Assembly (NCBI GenBank): GCA_963776995.1 | Contig: CAVZPA010000005.1 | Coordinates: 12,765-76,764, forward strand | Length of the DNA stretch: 64,000 nt | Source of the DNA: an uncultured Acidimicrobiia bacterium | GTDB taxonomy: Bacteria; Actinomycetota; Acidimicrobiia; Acidimicrobiales; Ilumatobacteraceae | Direction of reading: 5' to 3' | Notes under the pieces: generated by a model | What the model saw: the letters and a program-made list of their open reading frames with translations, nothing else | Told to the model about the DNA's origin: nothing | Database searches by the model: none | Translations under genes and position numbers: made by a program | Shown: piece by piece, positions 29,401-38,378 of the stretch | Layout of the letters: every line of letters begins with the position of its first letter | How positions within the stretch are numbered: the first letter of the stretch is position 1

Positions 29401-29839
29401 CGACGACGTCGGCCGGGTGGACGGCGATCGGGTCCGTGGACGTGGCCTCCGGCCCGAGACGCTGCAGCAGGCTGCGGACGCCAGTGACGATGACGGCGGG
29501 GCGGCGATCGGGGTCGCGTAGGCGCCACAGCAGCTCGAGGCGCTGGCCCATCGTCTCGACCGACGGGCTGACCCGCTCGAACGGCAGGGTCTCCCACGCC
29601 GGGAACACGGCGACCTGGCCGGCGGGCAGGAACTGCTGGAGGTCGTCGGCCAGCTGGGCGGCCATCGTCGACGTCGGCGTGGCGACGACCAGCGGACTGC
29701 GTCGGGACAGCGATGCCAGTGCGGCGATGGCCATCGGCCGAGCGACCTCGACCACGGCCAGCCGGGCGTCGGGCTCCCCGAGGGCGCGCGTCAGGGCCGG
29801 TTCGTCGCGCAGTAGCGGGGGGAGATCAGCCAATCGCAC
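26408..29839 (-). CDS. mfd: Transcription-repair coupling factor
   Basis: 1143 aa with the helicase motifs GDVGFGKTEVA, DEEQRFGV and TATPIPRT plus a TRG-like region. Confidence 0.98.
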   Translation of the reverse strand: MRLADLPPLLRDEPALTRALGEPDARLAVVEVARPMAIAALASLSRRSPLVVATPTSTMAAQLADDLQQFLPAGQVAVFPAWETLPFERVSPSVETMGQRLELLWRLRDPDRRPAVIVTGVRSLLQRLGPEATSTDPIAVHPADVVDPDELVARLVSFGYRREELVEHRGEFARRGAIIDVFPSTGDSPVRIDLWGDEVDRLTRFGVNDQRSIDDLAETLIFPARELIPSDDVRARASKLVGAEPWGREQWERLAEGTLFDGMESWLPWLVDTEELLTDVLPTSAKVLLVEPRRMRDRAIDLLAEEDDLAKALASTWERDPDKPFPRLHASPDRMLSGRDAPWTLDSAPESPETPVVQASGWGPVVGDGSGLVARLTQLLANGYRVVVAADGEGSADRLAGLLREHGLDLPVHRGTAGDLTRAGGHVVVAPLHHGVTLPAAKLAIVAESDLTGRRHAHRRPRPRRRDSAGFFEDLKPGNYVVHVQHGVGRYEGMVKRTIGGVERDYLLVAYKGDDRLYVPSDQIDVLRQYVGGEAPTLHRLGGSDFAKAKSRVRSAVREIAQELVVLYQKRVNAEGFAFGNDTPWQAEMEESFPYVETPDQRVAIADVKGDMELPYPMDRLVTGDVGFGKTEVAVRAAFKAIQDGKQVAVLTPTTLLASQHGNTFADRFAGYPIRVETLSRFLTPAQARDVIKGIESGAVDCVVGTHRLLGEQVRFKDLGLLVVDEEQRFGVQHKEAMKQLKTNVDVLTLTATPIPRTLEMSLVGIRDLSLLQTPPADRLPILTYVGGYDERVAVEAIRRELLREGQVFWVHNRVRSIEHAAARLRELVPEARIAVAHGQMDEGTLEQVVFDFWEGRFDVLVCTTIIESGIDMPTVNTLVVERADLLGLGQLHQLRGRVGRSGQRAYAYLFHPVDVTLTEEAYERLKTIGEATELGSGFKIAMRDLEIRGAGNLLGQAQSGHIAAVGYDLYCQMVTEAVAEMKGEPIRPPAEIKLDVPTDAYLPVDYVTKEELRLEAYRRLAGVTTPEQVADIRAEWEDRYGPLPPPAEALLTVGALRAECHRLGVTDISISSDQARLAPLDLKLSQTTRLRRLSRDAKWKEDARQLVVPIARRAEPAEFLVGFLRELIPPVTDEPGTVASAP

Positions 29840-29898
29840 GGGGCATCCCAGGATACCGACCGACGCCGCAGCTCCTGCCGGGACGTCACCACCGTTTC

Positions 29899-29938
29899 GG
29901 TCCGGATATCGGTCGCCCGGGCGACCAGGATCCGGACC
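29899..29938. terminator. Compound palindrome GGTCCGGAT..GGTCGC CCGG GCGACC..ATCCGGACC between the LigD-pol stop and the mfd start
   Basis: Nested perfect stems read directly. There is no U-tract, which is common in high-GC actinobacteria. Confidence 0.4.
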
Positions 29939-29947
29939 AAAACAACG

Positions 29948-30910
29948 TCAGGCGTCGGCGTCGCGGCGGGCCCGCGCCCGGCGCTTGCCCTCGTGCATCG
30001 CCGCCGTTCGGGCGATCGGGATCTCGTGGCCCTCGGCGAGGAGATCGGCGGGCAGCCGCTGCGGCGCCGGGAGGGCGTCCGCCCAGGGGTCCCGGTCGCC
30101 GAGGCGGTCGAGGGCTGTCGTGATGGTGAAGTCGCCCGGTGCGACGGCGTCGAGCTCCTCCCAGGGCACCGGGAAGGACACCGGAGCGCCCGGGCGGGCC
30201 CGTGGGCTGTACGCGGCGACGACCGTCGCACCGCCCGTGCGGGTGGCGTCGACGAACACCTTGCCGCCGCGGTCGGCCTTCAGGAAGGCGGTCGTCGCCG
30301 TCGCCGGATCGAGCTGCTCGGCCCGCCGGGCGATCGCCCGCGTGGCCGCCGCGGCGTCTTCCATCGATGCCCGCCGCTCGATCGGGACGAACACGTGGAC
30401 GCCCTTGGCACCGCTCGTCTTCACCGCCCCGGACAGGCCGACGTCGAGCAGTGCCTGGCGGACGAGGTGGGCGGCGCGAACGGCGGCGGCGAACCCGTCG
30501 CCCTCTGGCGGGTCGAGATCGAGCACGAGGTCGGTCGCCCGGTCGAGGCGGTCGGTGCGGGCGAGAGCCGGGTGGTACTCGACGGCCCGCTGGTTGGCGA
30601 ACCACAGCAGCGTCCGGCGGTCGTTGCACAGCGCATAGGTGACGGTGCGCTTCGAGGCCTCGGCCCACAGCGGCACGCTGGCCACCCACTCGGGCGTGTA
30701 CGACGGCAGGTTCTTCTGCATGAAGGGCTGCTGCCCGTGCGTGACGCGGATCACCGACAGCGGCCGATCACGCAGCACCGGCAAGATCCGCTCGTGGACA
30801 CCATCGAGGTAATCGACGAGGTCGCGCTTGGTCACGCCGGCGCCCTCGAACAGCGGCTGGTCCAGGTTGGTCAGCTCGACGCCGCCGCGCGACGTCGTCG
30901 GTCGGGCCAT
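29948..30910 (-). CDS. Stand-alone NHEJ polymerase/primase domain protein (LigD polymerase domain)
   Basis: LTNLDQPLF..GVTKRDLVDYL, DLDP, and KTSGAKGVHVFVPI, which are typical of LigD-Pol. There is no ligase domain in the ORF and no ku nearby. Confidence 0.88.
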   Translation of the reverse strand: MARPTTSRGGVELTNLDQPLFEGAGVTKRDLVDYLDGVHERILPVLRDRPLSVIRVTHGQQPFMQKNLPSYTPEWVASVPLWAEASKRTVTYALCNDRRTLLWFANQRAVEYHPALARTDRLDRATDLVLDLDPPEGDGFAAAVRAAHLVRQALLDVGLSGAVKTSGAKGVHVFVPIERRASMEDAAAATRAIARRAEQLDPATATTAFLKADRGGKVFVDATRTGGATVVAAYSPRARPGAPVSFPVPWEELDAVAPGDFTITTALDRLGDRDPWADALPAPQRLPADLLAEGHEIPIARTAAMHEGKRRARARRDADA

Positions 30911-30930
30911 CGCCCGAGCCTAGGTTGCGA

Positions 30931-31326
<396 letters not shown>

Positions 31327-31427
31327 TCATCTGTCGGCAACCATCGTGACATGTACCCGCGAGGTTGCGAAATGGCTTTCGGCGCGGGACAGCGCGGCTG
31401 GCTGGCAGTGGCGATCGAGCTGCGACG

Positions 31428-31445
31428 GGCCGGCTCGAGCCGGCC
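31428..31445. terminator. 18-nt perfect palindrome GGCCGGCTCGAGCCGGCC just 3' of the esterase gene
   Basis: Read directly; about 7 nt downstream of the stop at 31452 on the minus strand. Confidence 0.45.
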
Positions 31446-31451
31446 GCTGCC

Positions 31452-32552
31452 TCAGGGCGCGACGGCGTCGGCGAAGCCCTTGATGTCCCGGACCGTGGCC
31501 GCGTAGACCTCCGGCATCGCGCCGCGGAAGATGGCGTCGCCGGCGTGGCACGTGCCGTTCACCGTCCGGCTCGCCGTGCTCACCCCGGCGGCGAGCAGGC
31601 GGCGGAAGTAGGCGAGGCCCTCGTCACGCAGCGGGTCGAGCTGGTTCACCGAGATGACGTGGGGCGGCAGCCCCTCGAGGTCGGCCAGCGTCGCCGCGTA
31701 CGGCCAGCACGTCGGGTCGCCCTTGTTCGCCCCGCCCGGGTCGTAGACCTCGGCGAGCACGGCCATCAGGTCGCAGGAGATGAAGTAGCGGTCGTTCTCG
31801 TGCAGAGACGGGAGATCGGCGGGCGGGTCGGCCCAGGCGTTGGAGATGTACGGGCACTGGGCGTACACGCCGGCGATCCCGTCCAGCCATCCCTCGCGCT
31901 TGGCACGCAGCGTCACGGCGAGGGTCAGGTTGCCCCCACCCGACTCCCCCGACACGACGACACCCGAGGCGCCGAGCTCGTCGCGGTGATCGATGACCCA
32001 GCGCAGGCCTGCCGCGCAGTCGTCGAGGCCGGCGGGGAACGGGTGCACACCGAGCTTGCCACCGCCATTGCGGTACTCGACGCCGACCACGACCAGGCCA
32101 GTGGCAGCGAGCTCGTCGCGCCAGCGGATGTACTGGGGGCCGGCCGCCTCGAGGATGACCATGCCCCCGCCGTGGATGTGGTACACGACCGGGAGCGGCC
32201 CGGTGGCATCGGCCGGGCGGTGTACGTACAGGCTGATCGCAGTCCCGTCGCCGCGGTCGAGCGACACGGTCTCCGAGGTGACCCCTTCGACCGGTGGCAG
32301 CCCGTCGTACAGGGCGGTGAACACGGCCTGGAACCCGGCCTCGGCGTTGGCACAGAACTCCAGCTGCTCGTCGCGCGGCGACGACGGCGTGACCGGCGGG
32401 GGCTCGGTGTGGCCTTCGAGGCCGAAGGCGGCCAACGCCGCGACCATCCGCGGATCGGCCCGCGGATCCGACGCCAGCGTCCGGTCCGGATCGCCGAGCC
32501 GACCCGGCAGGTCGACCTCCCTCGACTCTCGCCTTGTTGACACGTCGACCAT
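31452..32552 (-). CDS. Alpha/beta hydrolase, hormone-sensitive-lipase-like esterase
   Basis: HGGG oxyanion motif (YHIHGGGMV) and the nucleophile elbow GESGGG. Confidence 0.88.
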   Translation of the reverse strand: MVDVSTRRESREVDLPGRLGDPDRTLASDPRADPRMVAALAAFGLEGHTEPPPVTPSSPRDEQLEFCANAEAGFQAVFTALYDGLPPVEGVTSETVSLDRGDGTAISLYVHRPADATGPLPVVYHIHGGGMVILEAAGPQYIRWRDELAATGLVVVGVEYRNGGGKLGVHPFPAGLDDCAAGLRWVIDHRDELGASGVVVSGESGGGNLTLAVTLRAKREGWLDGIAGVYAQCPYISNAWADPPADLPSLHENDRYFISCDLMAVLAEVYDPGGANKGDPTCWPYAATLADLEGLPPHVISVNQLDPLRDEGLAYFRRLLAAGVSTASRTVNGTCHAGDAIFRGAMPEVYAATVRDIKGFADAVAP

Positions 32553-32625
32553 GACCCCTCCGATCCTCGATCGAGACCCCGCGGCGATCGTACGTCGTCG
32601 TACAGACCCCGTTCGTCGGCGGCTG

Positions 32626-32958
32626 TCAGTCGGCGGGGTCGGCCACGCCGCCGACGAGCATCAACTCGAACGGGTACAGCTCGGCGGTGAACAACCCGCC
32701 GGCCACACCGGGCTCGGCGGTGACGAGCTGCTGGGCGGCATCCTCGGACGGGGCGTTGACGACGATGATGGCGAAGGCGTCGCCGTGACCCGTCGCCCTC
32801 CCGGCCAGCGCCACGCGGCCGGCGGCGTGGAGCTCGGTGGTGTACGCCCAGTGGGCGCCGATCAGCTCGGCCTCCTCCGGCGTCGGGCCGGTCTCCAGGA
32901 TGTCGGCCCGGGTCGGGCGCAGCAGGTAGCACCACCACGTCTGGTCGGCTGCAGGCAT
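32626..32958 (-). CDS. YciI family protein
   Basis: 110 aa from ATG 32958. WWCYLLRPTR...HWAYTTELHAAGRVALAGR... fits the YciI pattern. The upstream part of ORF 32626-33276 looks non-coding. Confidence 0.7.
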   Translation of the reverse strand: MPAADQTWWCYLLRPTRADILETGPTPEEAELIGAHWAYTTELHAAGRVALAGRATGHGDAFAIIVVNAPSEDAAQQLVTAEPGVAGGLFTAELYPFELMLVGGVADPAD

Positions 32959-33019
32959 CTCGGTCCCCCTTGGTCCCGTGCACGGTACTGCGGGCGGGCC
33001 GGGCAGGCCTGCGCCGCGG

Positions 33020-33883
33020 TCAGGCCGACGGGAACGTCGGTTCGCGCCGGGCCGGGTGGAGGGCCAGGAGCCGCCGCGCCCGGGCGACGTCGACGGTCCG
33101 GCGGGGTTCGATCGGCTGGCAGCTCGGGCACCACGTGGCGACCCGGCGCCACGGGCTGTCGCGTTCGTCCCAGCCGTCGAGGGTGGTCCCGCACAGCGGG
33201 CACGGGCGCTCGCGGCGGCCGTAGATCCAGTGGTCGGCCACGCGCAGCCGCCTGCCGGTCGTGTTCTGCGGGCCACGGACGGCGTTGGTGCGGATCACCG
33301 CCGCGCCGAACCCCAGCAGCTCGCCCAGCCCGTCGACGGTGCCGACCCGCTGGTTCGGGGACACGCCGGCGATGAATGGCAGCTCGACGGCGTAGACGTT
33401 GCCGAAGCCGGCGACGTTGCGCTGATCGAGGAGGGCGCCGGCGAGCGGTTCGTCGGGGCGCTCGGCCATCCGCTCCACGACGACGGCGAGGTCGGGCGGC
33501 GCCGGGCCGCAGAGGTCGGGGCCGAGGTGTCCGACGACGTCTTCCTCGCGTGCCGTGGCGACGACACCGAGCACGGGGACGTCGACCGCGGTGAGCCGGC
33601 CGGTCTCCATCCACAGCTCGACTCGACGCCGCCACAGCGCCTCGCGCGCCACCGGACCCACCGTGAACGAGCCGTCCATGCGGAGGTGGGCGAACAGCGT
33701 GCGGGCGTCGTCGAAGCGGATCAGCAGGTGCTTGCCGCGGGCATCGGCCTCGCGCAGCACGGTGCCGGCGAAGTCGACGTGGACCAGCCGAGGATCACGC
33801 GTGACGGAGCGCTCACACCGCTCCCCGGCGAAACGACGGTTGATCCGCTCCGCCAGACGACGGATGGTGTCACCCTCCGGCAT
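33020..33883 (-). CDS. nei: Fpg/Nei family DNA glycosylase (endonuclease VIII-like)
   Basis: N-terminal MPEGDT (catalytic Pro2/Glu3), an H2TH region, and a C-terminal zinc finger CPLCG...CPSCQ. Confidence 0.88.
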   Translation of the reverse strand: MPEGDTIRRLAERINRRFAGERCERSVTRDPRLVHVDFAGTVLREADARGKHLLIRFDDARTLFAHLRMDGSFTVGPVAREALWRRRVELWMETGRLTAVDVPVLGVVATAREEDVVGHLGPDLCGPAPPDLAVVVERMAERPDEPLAGALLDQRNVAGFGNVYAVELPFIAGVSPNQRVGTVDGLGELLGFGAAVIRTNAVRGPQNTTGRRLRVADHWIYGRRERPCPLCGTTLDGWDERDSPWRRVATWCPSCQPIEPRRTVDVARARRLLALHPARREPTFPSA

Positions 33884-34469
33884 CCCGCCCGTTGTACTCG
33901 CGCATCGCCGCGTCGACGCCTTCCGTGACGATCACCTCGACGGCGTCGGCGGCCTCCTGCACGGCGACGTCGAACAGCTCCCGCTGCTTGGCCGGGAGCC
34001 GAGACAGCACGTGGTCGGCGCCGCGCTCCTTCGACGGCGGCTTCCCGACGCCGATGCGGACCCGCAGGAAGTCCTGCGTCCCGAGGTGCTGGGTGATGCT
34101 GCGCAACCCGTTGTGTCCGGCGAGGCCCCCGCCGGACTTGACCCGCAGCACCGTCGGCGGCAGGTCGAGCTCGTCGTGGACGATCACGACGTGGTCGGCG
34201 TCCTCGATCCCGTAGCGGCGCACCAGCGCCCGCACGGCCTGTCCGGAGTCGTTCATGAACGTCAGGGGAAACGCCAGGACTGAGCGCTGCTCACCGATGC
34301 GCGACTCGGCCACCAGGGAGTTGTCGCGGCCGCTCTTGAGCTTGTCGCCACGACGGCGGGCGAGCTCGGCGATGACCTCCTCACCGACGTTGTGGCGGGT
34401 CCGGGCGTAATCCTTGCCCGGGTTGCCCAGTCCGACGATCAACCAGTCGAACGGGGTCTTGCGCCTCAC
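33870..34469 (-). CDS. pth: Peptidyl-tRNA hydrolase
   Basis: LIVGLGNPG..Y..TRHNVG motif. GTG at 34469 overlaps the rplY stop (GTGA). Confidence 0.95.
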   Translation of the reverse strand: MRRKTPFDWLIVGLGNPGKDYARTRHNVGEEVIAELARRRGDKLKSGRDNSLVAESRIGEQRSVLAFPLTFMNDSGQAVRALVRRYGIEDADHVVIVHDELDLPPTVLRVKSGGGLAGHNGLRSITQHLGTQDFLRVRIGVGKPPSKERGADHVLSRLPAKQRELFDVAVQEAADAVEVIVTEGVDAAMREYNGRDAGG

Positions 34470-35158
34470 TCGGCAGCGACGTCGCCCGAGGGCTCGTCGC
34501 CCCCGGCCTCACCCTCGGGCGCGGCCTCGGCGGCCGCCTCACCCTCCTCGGCCTGCACCTCAGCGACCTCGGCGTCGGCGGCCTCGATCTCGGCCACCTC
34601 GGCGCGCATCGTGAGGACGGTGACCACGGGGCTGTCGGCATCGCCGGTGGCCGTGACGCCGGCGGGCATCGGGATGTCGCCGAGGCGGATGACGGAGTCC
34701 ATCTCCATGTCCGACACATCGACGACGAACTCGTCGGGGATCGTGCGCGGCGTGGTGACGACCTCGATCGAGTCCACCGCGGGGTCGACGAGGCCACCGC
34801 CCTGGACGACCGCCGTCGCCTCGCCCTCGAGGCGCAGGGGCACCGAGACGGTGATCGCCTCGTCGAGGTTGACCTGCAGGAAGTCGATGTGGGTCACGGT
34901 GCGGCGCACCGGATGGCGCTGCAGGTCCTTGACGATCGCCGGGTACACCGTGCCATCGACGGTGAGATCGAGCACGGTGTTCACGCCGGCCGCGCCGGAC
35001 AGGGCGAGGCGCAGATCGCGACGCCCGACGGCGAGCGTGACAGGGCTCATCCCATGCCCGTAGAGCACGCCGGGGATCCTGTCGGCGGCGCGCAGCCGGC
35101 GGGCAGCCGAGCTGCCGGTGGGTCGTCCGATATCAGCGACGAGCACGGTGGAAGCCAT
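34466..35158 (-). CDS. rplY: 50S ribosomal protein L25 / general stress protein Ctc (long form with acidic tail)
   Basis: RRLRAADRIPGVLYGHG... L25 fold pattern; sits in the prs-ctc-pth context. Confidence 0.92.
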   Translation of the reverse strand: MASTVLVADIGRPTGSSAARRLRAADRIPGVLYGHGMSPVTLAVGRRDLRLALSGAAGVNTVLDLTVDGTVYPAIVKDLQRHPVRRTVTHIDFLQVNLDEAITVSVPLRLEGEATAVVQGGGLVDPAVDSIEVVTTPRTIPDEFVVDVSDMEMDSVIRLGDIPMPAGVTATGDADSPVVTVLTMRAEVAEIEAADAEVAEVQAEEGEAAAEAAPEGEAGGDEPSGDVAAE

Positions 35159-35252
35159 GGAAGAGACCCTTTGCGAGATGGTGGCGAGCGGCCGAGAAGC
35201 TTACCGGCGTGACGCTGAACGTGGGCAGGAGGGGGAGCGGTCGTCGAACGAA

Positions 35253-36242
35253 TCAAGCCAGATTTTCGCCGTCGAAGATCTCGCTGACGCTGGTGTCGTC
35301 GAACACCGCGGAGAGGGCCTCGGCGATCAGCGGGGCGATCGACAGCACCTCGATCAGGTCGAGCTGCTTCTCCGGCGGCAGGGGCAGCGTGTTGGTCAAC
35401 ACGACCCGTCGCAGGGCGCTGTTCTTCAGGCGGTCGATCGCCGGTCCGGACAGCACGCCGTGGGTGGCCATCGCCCACACCTCGGTGGCGCCCCGCCGGA
35501 GCAGCAGCTCGGCGGCCGAGGTGATCGTGCCGGCGGTGTCGATCATGTCGTCGGTGAGCACGCACAGCCGGCCCTTGACCTCGCCGATGACCTCCGTCGC
35601 CTCGGCCACGTTGGTGGTGCCCTTGGGCCGCCGCTTGTAGCAGAAGGCCAGGTCGGCGCCGCAGTCGCCGAGGTGCTGGGCCATCCGCTCGGCGACCTTG
35701 ATGCGCCCGGCGTCGGGCGACACGATCACCGGCGCGGTGACGTGCTCGCGCAGGTAGTTCTCGAGCACCGGCATCGCCGTGAGGTGGTCGACGGGCCCGT
35801 CGAAGAAGCCCTGGATCTGGCCGGCGTGGAGGTCGATGGAGATCATCCGCTTGGCGCCGGCGGCCTTGAACATGTCGGCGACGAGGCGGGCGGTGATCGG
35901 CTCGCGCCCGTCGGCCTTGCGGTCCTGGCGGGCGTACCCGTAGAAGGGGCAGACGGCGGTGATCCGCTTGGCCGACGCCCGGTAGGCGGCGTCGATCATG
36001 ATCAGCTGCTCCATGATCGAGTCGTTGACCGACATGCTGTCGACGCTGGCGTGGCTCTGCAGGATGAACACGTCGCTGCCGCGGACGCTCTCGGCGAAGC
36101 GCGTCTTGATCTCCCCGTTGGCGAACTCGACGATGTTCGGGTGGCCGAGCTCGATGCCGAGGTGCTGCACGACCTCCGCGGCCAGCTCGGGATGGGTTCG
36201 GCCCGAGTACAACGCCAACTTCTTGGTCGTGACCTTCTCCAT
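35253..36242 (-). CDS. prs: Ribose-phosphate pyrophosphokinase
   Basis: YARQDRK, DLHAGQIQGFF, and VLTDDMIDTAGT (PRPP-binding loop). Confidence 0.97.
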   Translation of the reverse strand: MEKVTTKKLALYSGRTHPELAAEVVQHLGIELGHPNIVEFANGEIKTRFAESVRGSDVFILQSHASVDSMSVNDSIMEQLIMIDAAYRASAKRITAVCPFYGYARQDRKADGREPITARLVADMFKAAGAKRMISIDLHAGQIQGFFDGPVDHLTAMPVLENYLREHVTAPVIVSPDAGRIKVAERMAQHLGDCGADLAFCYKRRPKGTTNVAEATEVIGEVKGRLCVLTDDMIDTAGTITSAAELLLRRGATEVWAMATHGVLSGPAIDRLKNSALRRVVLTNTLPLPPEKQLDLIEVLSIAPLIAEALSAVFDDTSVSEIFDGENLA

Positions 36243-36259
36243 TGGCGTCTCCGTGTCGC

Positions 36260-37345
36260 TCAGTCGATACCCGCAGTGTAGAAGGCACCCGTCACCACGG
36301 CCTTGCCGACGTGGGAACCCGCTGGCAGGTAGGCGTACGGCCCGACCCGGGCCCGGTCACTGATCTCGGCCTCGACGCCGACGGCGTGCTGGACGCGGCA
36401 GTCGCGCCCGACCACGCAGTCGTCGAGCCGGGTGTCGGGGCCGACCTCGCTGCCGTCACCGACGAGTGTGTTGCCCTCCAGGATCGTGCCGGGGTACAGC
36501 GTGACGTCGCGCCCCAGCGTCACCGTGACGTCGATGAACGTCTGGCGCGGATCGAGCATCGTGACGCCGTTGAGCAGCCAGCGGCGGTTGGTGCGTGACC
36601 GCAGTTCGCGCTCGGCGAGGGCCAGCTGCCAGCGGTCGTTGACGCCCTGGGTCTCCTCGGCCGGGGCCTGCACGCGCCCGACGCGGTGGCCCATGCCGCC
36701 GAGCACGCCGACGACGTCGGTCAGGTAGAACTCGCCCTGGGAGTTGTCCGGTGAGAGGTGCCGGAGGGCCGGACCGAGGAGGTCGCGGCGGAAGGCGTAG
36801 ATGCTCGTCGCCACCTCGCGCTCGCCGAGCTCCTCGGCACTGGCGTCGCGCTGCTCGACGATCCGCAGCACCCGCCCGTCGGCCGCCTTGATCACCCGGC
36901 CGTATCCGGTGGGGTCGTCGCGCACGCTCGTGAGCAACGTCGCCGCGCTGCCGTTGGCGACGTGCGTGGCGACCAGCTCGTCGAGCGTCTCGGGCTGCAG
37001 CAGCGGGGTGTCGCCCGGCAGCACGACGATCGTCGAGTCGTCGTCGAGGTCGTCGCCGGGGAACGCCGACATCCCATGGGCGGCGGCGTCACCGGTGCCG
37101 CGCTGCTCGGACTGCTCGACGAACACGACGTTGGCCCACGCCGGGGCGAGCTCCTGGACCTTCTTCGTGACGAGCTCCGCACCGTGGCCGACGACGAGGG
37201 CGGTGCGGTCGGGGCTGAGCCGCTGGAGGGCGTGGATGACGTGCAGCACCATCGCCCGACCGCAGATCGGATGGAGCGGCTTGGGCCGCGACGAACGCAT
37301 CCGCGTGCCTTCGCCGGCCGCCAGGACGATCGCCGACACGCTCAT
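36260..37345 (-). CDS. glmU: GlmU-like N-acetylglucosamine-1-phosphate uridyltransferase; the C-terminal left-handed beta-helix ends early (361 aa)
   Basis: LAAGEGTRMRS and EQSEQRGTGDA nucleotidyltransferase motifs, followed by hexapeptide repeats that stop at ...GPYAYLPAGSHVGKAVVTGAFYTAGID. prs starts 18 nt later, so there is no room for the usual last 100 or so residues. Confidence 0.85.
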   Translation of the reverse strand: MSVSAIVLAAGEGTRMRSSRPKPLHPICGRAMVLHVIHALQRLSPDRTALVVGHGAELVTKKVQELAPAWANVVFVEQSEQRGTGDAAAHGMSAFPGDDLDDDSTIVVLPGDTPLLQPETLDELVATHVANGSAATLLTSVRDDPTGYGRVIKAADGRVLRIVEQRDASAEELGEREVATSIYAFRRDLLGPALRHLSPDNSQGEFYLTDVVGVLGGMGHRVGRVQAPAEETQGVNDRWQLALAERELRSRTNRRWLLNGVTMLDPRQTFIDVTVTLGRDVTLYPGTILEGNTLVGDGSEVGPDTRLDDCVVGRDCRVQHAVGVEAEISDRARVGPYAYLPAGSHVGKAVVTGAFYTAGID

Positions 37346-37377
37346 CGGGGCGTCATCCGATCACGCTGCTCCACTCG

Positions 37378-37448
37378 CTCCGGGGGGAGGACTCGAACCC
37401 CCATACTCTGAACCAAAATCAGATGTCCTACCATTGAACGACCCCGGA
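37378..37448 (-). tRNA. tRNA-Gln (anticodon TTG)
   Basis: Manual cloverleaf: acceptor TCCGGGG/CCCCGGA, D-arm GTTC-AATGGTA-GGAC, anticodon arm TCTGA-TTTTGGT-TCAGA, T-arm GGGGG-TTCGAGT-CCTCC, discriminator G. CCA is not encoded. Confidence 0.93.
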
Positions 37449-37532
37449 ATTTCAGTCGTCAACGGGCTCACGCCGTCGTCACGATCACGGTATCGCGGAG
37501 GTGCGCGATCCGCCGGTAGCCTGCCGGGCCGT

Positions 37533-37625
37533 ATGGGTTCGCTGATCAAGAAGCGCCGCAAGCGGATGCGCAAGAAGAAGCACAAGAAGATGCTCCGACG
37601 CACCCGCCACCAGCGTCGCAAGTAA
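37533..37625 (+). CDS. Small ribosomal subunit protein bS22-like (30-aa Lys/Arg-rich peptide)
   Basis: [30 protein letters not shown] is nearly identical in pattern to the mycobacterial bS22 peptide recalled as [25 protein letters not shown]... The locus is low-GC. Confidence 0.8.
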   Translation: [30 protein letters not shown]

Positions 37626-37634
37626 CCGACTTCG

Positions 37635-38378
37635 TCAGCCCGCATCGACGGTGCGGGCGACGATCACCGCAACGCCCTCGCTGCGCAACGCGGCGAGGGC
37701 GTCGTCGCGCTCGCCGAGCAGGAACCACGTGGCCCCGCTACCGGCGAGCGTGGGCACCGCCCCGGCGAGCTCGGTGATCCGGTCGCGCCACACGGCGAGG
37801 GCCGGTTCGACGACGATCGCCGCGGGCTCGAGGTCGTTGGGGCCGGCTGCGGTCGGACCGCCGAGCTCGTCCCATGTCCGGTACACGGCGGGCGTGCTGA
37901 CGGTCAGCGGCGGGACGACGAGCGTCACGGTCAGCTCGCCGAACGGCAGGGGCTCGACGATGTCCCCGATGCCCCCGACGCGGGCCCGACCACCGATCAG
38001 GCAGAACGGCACGTCGGCACCGAGTTCGGCAGCCGCCGACGGATCCTCGTGGCCGGCCCAGCGCAGCACGGCCGCGGCGTCCGCCGAGCCACCGCCGAGC
38101 CCGCCGCCGTGGGGGATCTGCTTGTCGATGTGCACGGCGGCCCGCCGCCCGGCGGTCGCCAGGGCGCGGGCGACGAGGTTGGTGCCGTCCGTCGGCACAC
38201 CGTCGGCGTAGGGCCCACCGACGCTGAGGCCCGCCGCGCCCGGCGTGATCGTCAGCTGGTCGGCCAGATCGAGCGTCACCATCTCGGCGTCGAGGAGGTG
38301 GTAGCCGTCATCGCGCACCCCCGTGATGCGCAGCGACAGCGTCAGCTTGGCGGGCGCGGCGACGCGCACCGCGGTCAC
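37635..38378 (-). CDS. ispE: 4-diphosphocytidyl-2-C-methyl-D-erythritol kinase (MEP pathway)
   Basis: GTG at 38378 overlaps the rsmA stop (GTGA). APAKLTLSLRI..R.DGYH and the GHMP motif PHGGGLGGGSADAAA are present. Confidence 0.93.
   Translation of the reverse strand: MTAVRVAAPAKLTLSLRITGVRDDGYHLLDAEMVTLDLADQLTITPGAAGLSVGGPYADGVPTDGTNLVARALATAGRRAAVHIDKQIPHGGGLGGGSADAAAVLRWAGHEDPSAAAELGADVPFCLIGGRARVGGIGDIVEPLPFGELTVTLVVPPLTVSTPAVYRTWDELGGPTAAGPNDLEPAAIVVEPALAVWRDRITELAGAVPTLAGSGATWFLLGERDDALAALRSEGVAVIVARTVDAG

Noticed and set aside
26252-29521. Very long ORFs antisense to, or out of frame with, recognised genes. Examples: 26252-29521 (+, 1089 aa), 47414-50974 (+, 1186 aa), 44697-47021 (-, 774 aa), 4429-5913 (+), 18029-19507 (-), 20305-21837 (+), 23512-25092 (+).
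   Set aside because: Their translations are Arg/Gly/Ala/Pro/Asp-rich low-complexity strings typical of stop-poor alternative frames in high-GC DNA. Each is fully covered by a gene with clear family motifs on the other strand or frame (mfd, LtaS-like, CoxL-like, the permease, MFS, eno, mazG).
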